From the NCBI GenBank assembly GCA_964022095.1, contig CAXHZO010000004.1:1-64000 (forward strand): DNA of 64,000 nucleotides, read 5' to 3'. Every line of letters begins with the position of its first letter. The first letter of the stretch is position 1. A model generated the notes under the pieces. It was not told the DNA's origin, did no database searches, and saw nothing but the letters and a program-made list of their open reading frames with translations. The stretch is from an uncultured Arcobacteraceae bacterium. GTDB taxonomy: Bacteria; Campylobacterota; Campylobacteria; Campylobacterales; Arcobacteraceae. Position numbers and translations under genes: made by a program. Positions 60,036-64,000 of the stretch are shown here, piece by piece.

Positions 60036-60884
60036 ATGCAATGTTATTTATGTAAGAGTGAAGATCATAAAAAAAGAGATGGAAGTGTCAGAGATAATAA
60101 GAAACTAGATATTTTAGAATGTAATAATTGTGGTTTAGTTTTTCTATCTGATGATAAGCATATTGACAATAACTTTTATGAAGAATCTAAAATGCATAAA
60201 GATTTTGATTTTTCAAAATGGAGAAAGCAAACATTACAAGATGATAGTAGAAGATTTGAATTTTTAAAAAACAGTATTTCAAATAAAACTATTTTAGATT
60301 TTGGAAGTGGAAATGGTGGTTTTTTGAATTTGTCAAAAGAATTAGCATTAGATGTTTGTGGAGTTGAGTTAGAAGTAGCCGTAAAGTCTTATTATGAAAA
60401 AGAAGAGATAAAATTAATTAAGAGTCTTGATGAGTGTAAAAATAAATATGATTTGATTACTTCTTTTCATGTTATTGAGCATCTAAAAGATCCGATTAAT
60501 ATTTTAGGGAAGTTAAAAGATCTTCTATATGATGATGGAACGATTATTATAGAAGTTCCTAATGCAAATGATGCTTTATTAAGTATATATAATAGTGAAT
60601 CTTTTTCTCATTTTACTTATTGGAGCTGTCATTTATATCTTTTTACTTCATTTACATTAGAACTATTAGCTAAAAAAGCAGGTTTAAAAGTTGAATTTAT
60701 AAAGCATATTCAAAGATATCCTCTTTCAAACCATTTGTATTGGTTGAGTAATAATAAACCAGGTGGTCATGAAAAATGGGGAAGTTTTATTGATTCTAGT
60801 GAGTTATCAAATGCATATGAAAATCAGTTAGCCTCACTGCAAGCAACTGATACTATTATTGCAAGTTTTAAAAAGGAATCTTAA
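60036..60884 (+). CDS. Class I SAM-dependent methyltransferase with N-terminal CxxC/CxxC
   Basis: CYLC..CNNCGLVF, ILDFGSGNG, FHVIEHL and IEVPN. Confidence 0.88.
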   Translation: MQCYLCKSEDHKKRDGSVRDNKKLDILECNNCGLVFLSDDKHIDNNFYEESKMHKDFDFSKWRKQTLQDDSRRFEFLKNSISNKTILDFGSGNGGFLNLSKELALDVCGVELEVAVKSYYEKEEIKLIKSLDECKNKYDLITSFHVIEHLKDPINILGKLKDLLYDDGTIIIEVPNANDALLSIYNSESFSHFTYWSCHLYLFTSFTLELLAKKAGLKVEFIKHIQRYPLSNHLYWLSNNKPGGHEKWGSFIDSSELSNAYENQLASLQATDTIIASFKKES

Positions 60885-62050
60885 TGAATATAGCATTTAT
60901 ACCTCTTAGATGTGGGAGTAAATCAATTCCTTTTAAAAATATAAAAGAGTTTTGTGGTAAACCTTTGGTTTATTGGAATCTAAAAGCAATTGAAGAATCA
61001 AAATTAATTGATATTGTTTATGTTGCTACAGATTGTGAAGAAGTTGTTGCAGAAATTAATAAATTTAATTTTTCAAAAGTTGTTTTATATAAAAGAGATG
61101 AAGAAAATGCAAGGGATACATCTCCTACAGAAGATGTAATGATAGAATTTTTAACTAAGAATAAACAAAATGATGAAGATTTATTTTTATTAGTTCAAGC
61201 AACTTCTCCAATTACACAAAGTTATGATTTTGATAATGCTATTATGCAGTTAAAAGACTCAGATAAAGATTCATTATTAACTGTTGTAAATGAAAAAAGA
61301 TTTTTTTGGAATAGTGATGGTACACCTTTAAATTATGATTATAAAAATAGACCAAGACGTCAAGATTTTGAAGGTTTATATTTAGAAAATGGAGCTTTTT
61401 ATATTAATAAAATAAAAAATATTTTAAAGGATAATAATAGATTGTCTGGAAAAATAGATTTATATATTATGAATGATTATACTTCAATTGAAATTGATGA
61501 GCCTCTTGATTGGAATATTGCTGAGAGATATATGCAAGAGCATATTCTGTCAAAAAAAGAGAATAAATTAAAAAAGAAAATAAAACTTTTTTTGAGTGAT
61601 GTTGATGGAACTTTAACTGATGCTGGTATGTATTATGATGTCAATGGAAATGAGTTGAAAAAATTTAATACTCATGATGGCAAAGGTTTTGAATTACTAA
61701 GAAATGCTGGAATTAAAACAGGGATTTTAACTAGTGAAAATACTAAGATTGTTGAAAATAGAGCAAAAAAATTAAAAGTTGATTATTTATACCAAGGTGT
61801 TGGTTATAAAGGTAAACTTGAAGTTGCAAAAGAAATTTGTAAAAAAGAACAAATAAGCTTAGATGAAGTTGCTTATATTGGAGATGATGTTAATTGTAAA
61901 GAACTTTTATCAAATGTTGGAATTGCAGCTTGTCCTTCAAATGCAATAAGCGAAATTAAAGAAATGTACAATATAATTAATTTAAATAAATCAGGTGGTA
62001 ATGGTGCTGTTCGAGAATTTATTGATTTATTAATGAAAGAGAATATTTAA
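60884..62050 (+). CDS. Bifunctional CMP-nonulosonate synthetase (NeuA) plus KdsC-type HAD phosphatase
   Basis: PLRCGSKSIPFKN, QATSP, RPRRQD, ENGAFY and EIDEPLD, followed by DVDGTLTD, FNTHDG, YIGDDVN and GGNGAVRE. Confidence 0.92.
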   Translation: MNIAFIPLRCGSKSIPFKNIKEFCGKPLVYWNLKAIEESKLIDIVYVATDCEEVVAEINKFNFSKVVLYKRDEENARDTSPTEDVMIEFLTKNKQNDEDLFLLVQATSPITQSYDFDNAIMQLKDSDKDSLLTVVNEKRFFWNSDGTPLNYDYKNRPRRQDFEGLYLENGAFYINKIKNILKDNNRLSGKIDLYIMNDYTSIEIDEPLDWNIAERYMQEHILSKKENKLKKKIKLFLSDVDGTLTDAGMYYDVNGNELKKFNTHDGKGFELLRNAGIKTGILTSENTKIVENRAKKLKVDYLYQGVGYKGKLEVAKEICKKEQISLDEVAYIGDDVNCKELLSNVGIAACPSNAISEIKEMYNIINLNKSGGNGAVREFIDLLMKENI

Positions 62051-64000
62051 TGGAAAATAATAAATTAGAAGTTCAATCTCAATTATCTGAGTTAATTCAA
62101 CAAGACTTAGTAAATATTATTACTGATTATTCAAAAACTTCAATGCTAAATCTTGATTTAGTTGTAACATTAGTACAAGATATTAACCTATTAAAGACAT
62201 ATGATGTTAAGTATATCCATAATGAAGAGTTAAATGAGATTATCTCTTTAATGAAAGAAGAATTAAAGAATAGATCACAAGCTAGAGTTATTGCTTTATT
62301 AACAGTATTTGACTTTATTGAAAATCCAGTTGAAGATTTCAAAAAGCTAATTTATATTAATTTATCATTAAAAGTTTCGTCTGAATTTTTTATTGAATCT
62401 TTTAATTTCTTTAATGTACTTGCTGGAAGTGTTAAAGAATTATTTGAAGATTTTGTTAAGTATATTTTTAATGATAATTTTTTAGATGTTGATAAAAACC
62501 TTCAAATAGAAGTGATTTTTAAACTATGGGGTATGTCTTTACAAGTTTATCATGATAATGAAGCTTCATCTCATGCTTATTGTTTATTAAAAGAATTATT
62601 TAATAAAGCTATAAAGAAAGAAAAAACAGAAGTAGCTTTTTGGCTTTACTATACTCCTTTACATTATTTCCATTCTGGAACGGGAAATGATATTGATAAA
62701 CTTAATGAAAAGTTTAAAAATGAAATAGAAAAACCTCTTGAAGAGTATATTCTAAAAAAATTAGTACCGAAATATCAAATTAAACCAAATACAAATAAAA
62801 TAAATAAAAATGGAAAAGTAAAAGTTGCCTTTGTAATGCAAAGAATAATAAGACACTCAACAACAAATGTTTTATATTCTTTACTTAAAAACTTAATGAG
62901 AATAAACAGTGAAAAATATGAATTTATCTTATATGATTTATCTTTTCCTGAAGCAGGTGGAAGTCAACAAGATTTTGTTGAAGAGTTTATAGCTTTAGGT
63001 GTAAAATATATTAATCTTCATAGTGAAACTATGGGTGAAAATAATGCTACTTATTCTTTATTTGAAAAATGTATTAAAACTAGAGAAAGATTAATTGATG
63101 ATAAAATTGATATTTTAATTGGTTTACACACAAGAGTAGAATATATATTCTTATATGCTACAAGAACAGCTCCCGTGCAGATATACTGGTACCATAGTAG
63201 TAATGCTGTATACGATATAGTTGGAATTGATGAGATAATCTCTCATACTGAAACAAATAAAAAGAGTTTAAACAAAAATATATTTAGTTTGCCTATTGAT
63301 TTAGAAGAATATAATAAAAAAGTAAACTCACAAGAAGTTATAAATATTAAAAATAAATTTGGAAAAAATAAATTTATTCTAGGCTATATTGGTCGTTTGA
63401 TTAAGATAGATGATAATAGATATTTGAATTGTGTAAAGCAAATATTAGATAAAAATCAAAACACAGTATTTCTTGCTTGTGGAGATGGCGATACTTCTTC
63501 AATTAGAGAAAAAATTAAAGATTTAGGAATTGAAGATAGATTCTTTTTTGAAGGTTTCATTAATACAGATATTTATGGGCACGTAATAGATTTATTTTTA
63601 GCTTCTTTTGTAAACGGAGGAGCTGCTTTACAAGAATTTATTTATAAGAAAAAACCTTATGTGATTAGATATAGTAATTTTGAAAATATTGTAGCGTTAT
63701 ATAATAAAAATCCTATTATTGATAAATTGAAAGTTGATAATGATAGTTTTATTTTAAAAAGTATTTATACAAAAGAAGATGTAGGAAACTTAACTAATAA
63801 AGGGTATTTATTTGAAGACAACCCTTACTTCCCAACCTATTCAGGACTTCCTTTTGTTAAAGATGAAGAAGCCTTTATTAAAGTTGCTAATTTCTTTATT
63901 AATAATCCTTCTATTTGTGAAAAAATAGGTGAAGAAACTTATTATAAAGCAATTAAGAGTGAAGAAATAAGAAAATATTCTTTTTTAAAGGTTCTAGATG
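62050..64000 (+). CDS. GT41/OGT(SPINDLY)-like GT-B glycosyltransferase with helical N-terminal domain; partial, runs off the window (not in ORF track)
   Basis: ATG at 62050 overlaps the neuA stop. The frame reads MENNKLEVQ... with KVKVAFVMQRIIRHS, DKIDILIGL..ATRTAPVQIYW, LGYIGRLIKI and DRFFFEG..IDLFL, and is still open at 64000. Confidence 0.75.
   Translation, partial: MENNKLEVQSQLSELIQQDLVNIITDYSKTSMLNLDLVVTLVQDINLLKTYDVKYIHNEELNEIISLMKEELKNRSQARVIALLTVFDFIENPVEDFKKLIYINLSLKVSSEFFIESFNFFNVLAGSVKELFEDFVKYIFNDNFLDVDKNLQIEVIFKLWGMSLQVYHDNEASSHAYCLLKELFNKAIKKEKTEVAFWLYYTPLHYFHSGTGNDIDKLNEKFKNEIEKPLEEYILKKLVPKYQIKPNTNKINKNGKVKVAFVMQRIIRHSTTNVLYSLLKNLMRINSEKYEFILYDLSFPEAGGSQQDFVEEFIALGVKYINLHSETMGENNATYSLFEKCIKTRERLIDDKIDILIGLHTRVEYIFLYATRTAPVQIYWYHSSNAVYDIVGIDEIISHTETNKKSLNKNIFSLPIDLEEYNKKVNSQEVINIKNKFGKNKFILGYIGRLIKIDDNRYLNCVKQILDKNQNTVFLACGDGDTSSIREKIKDLGIEDRFFFEGFINTDIYGHVIDLFLASFVNGGAALQEFIYKKKPYVIRYSNFENIVALYNKNPIIDKLKVDNDSFILKSIYTKEDVGNLTNKGYLFEDNPYFPTYSGLPFVKDEEAFIKVANFFINNPSICEKIGEETYYKAIKSEEIRKYSFLKVLD

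Overview
AT-rich chromosomal window from a Campylobacterota bacterium, most likely Arcobacteraceae. The evidence is the NuoX/NuoY-type complex I, futalosine-pathway mqnD, FlgO lipoproteins and an mreBC-clpX-lpxA-fabZ-lpxB run. Most of the window is core genome: recJ, pyrG, ccoG, mnmG, ribC, mreBC, clpX, lpxAB, fabZ, queH, nfo, a 14-gene nuo operon, mqnD, murB, topA, bioB, eno and recA. Three accessory regions stand out. (1) 1-6.2 kb, minus strand: a tightly coupled operon of two membrane proteins, a DotL/IcmO/TrbC-like type IV coupling ATPase, and a tandemly duplicated, diversifying [2-TM protein + GHSLGG lipase with polar C-tail] cassette that runs off the window. It is a candidate coupling-protein-linked polymorphic lipase toxin/immunity array. 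(2) 14.8-17.2 kb: a decayed T1SS remnant plus a RAYT-type Y1 transposase, bracketed by a 33-bp direct repeat that contains the mnmG terminator hairpin. (3) 58.4 kb to the end: a nonulosonic-acid cluster whose gene set fits KDN synthesis, followed by a GT41/OGT-like glycosyltransferase. No rRNA, tRNA or CRISPR array was recognised. All family calls come from motif recognition by eye; no database searches were run.
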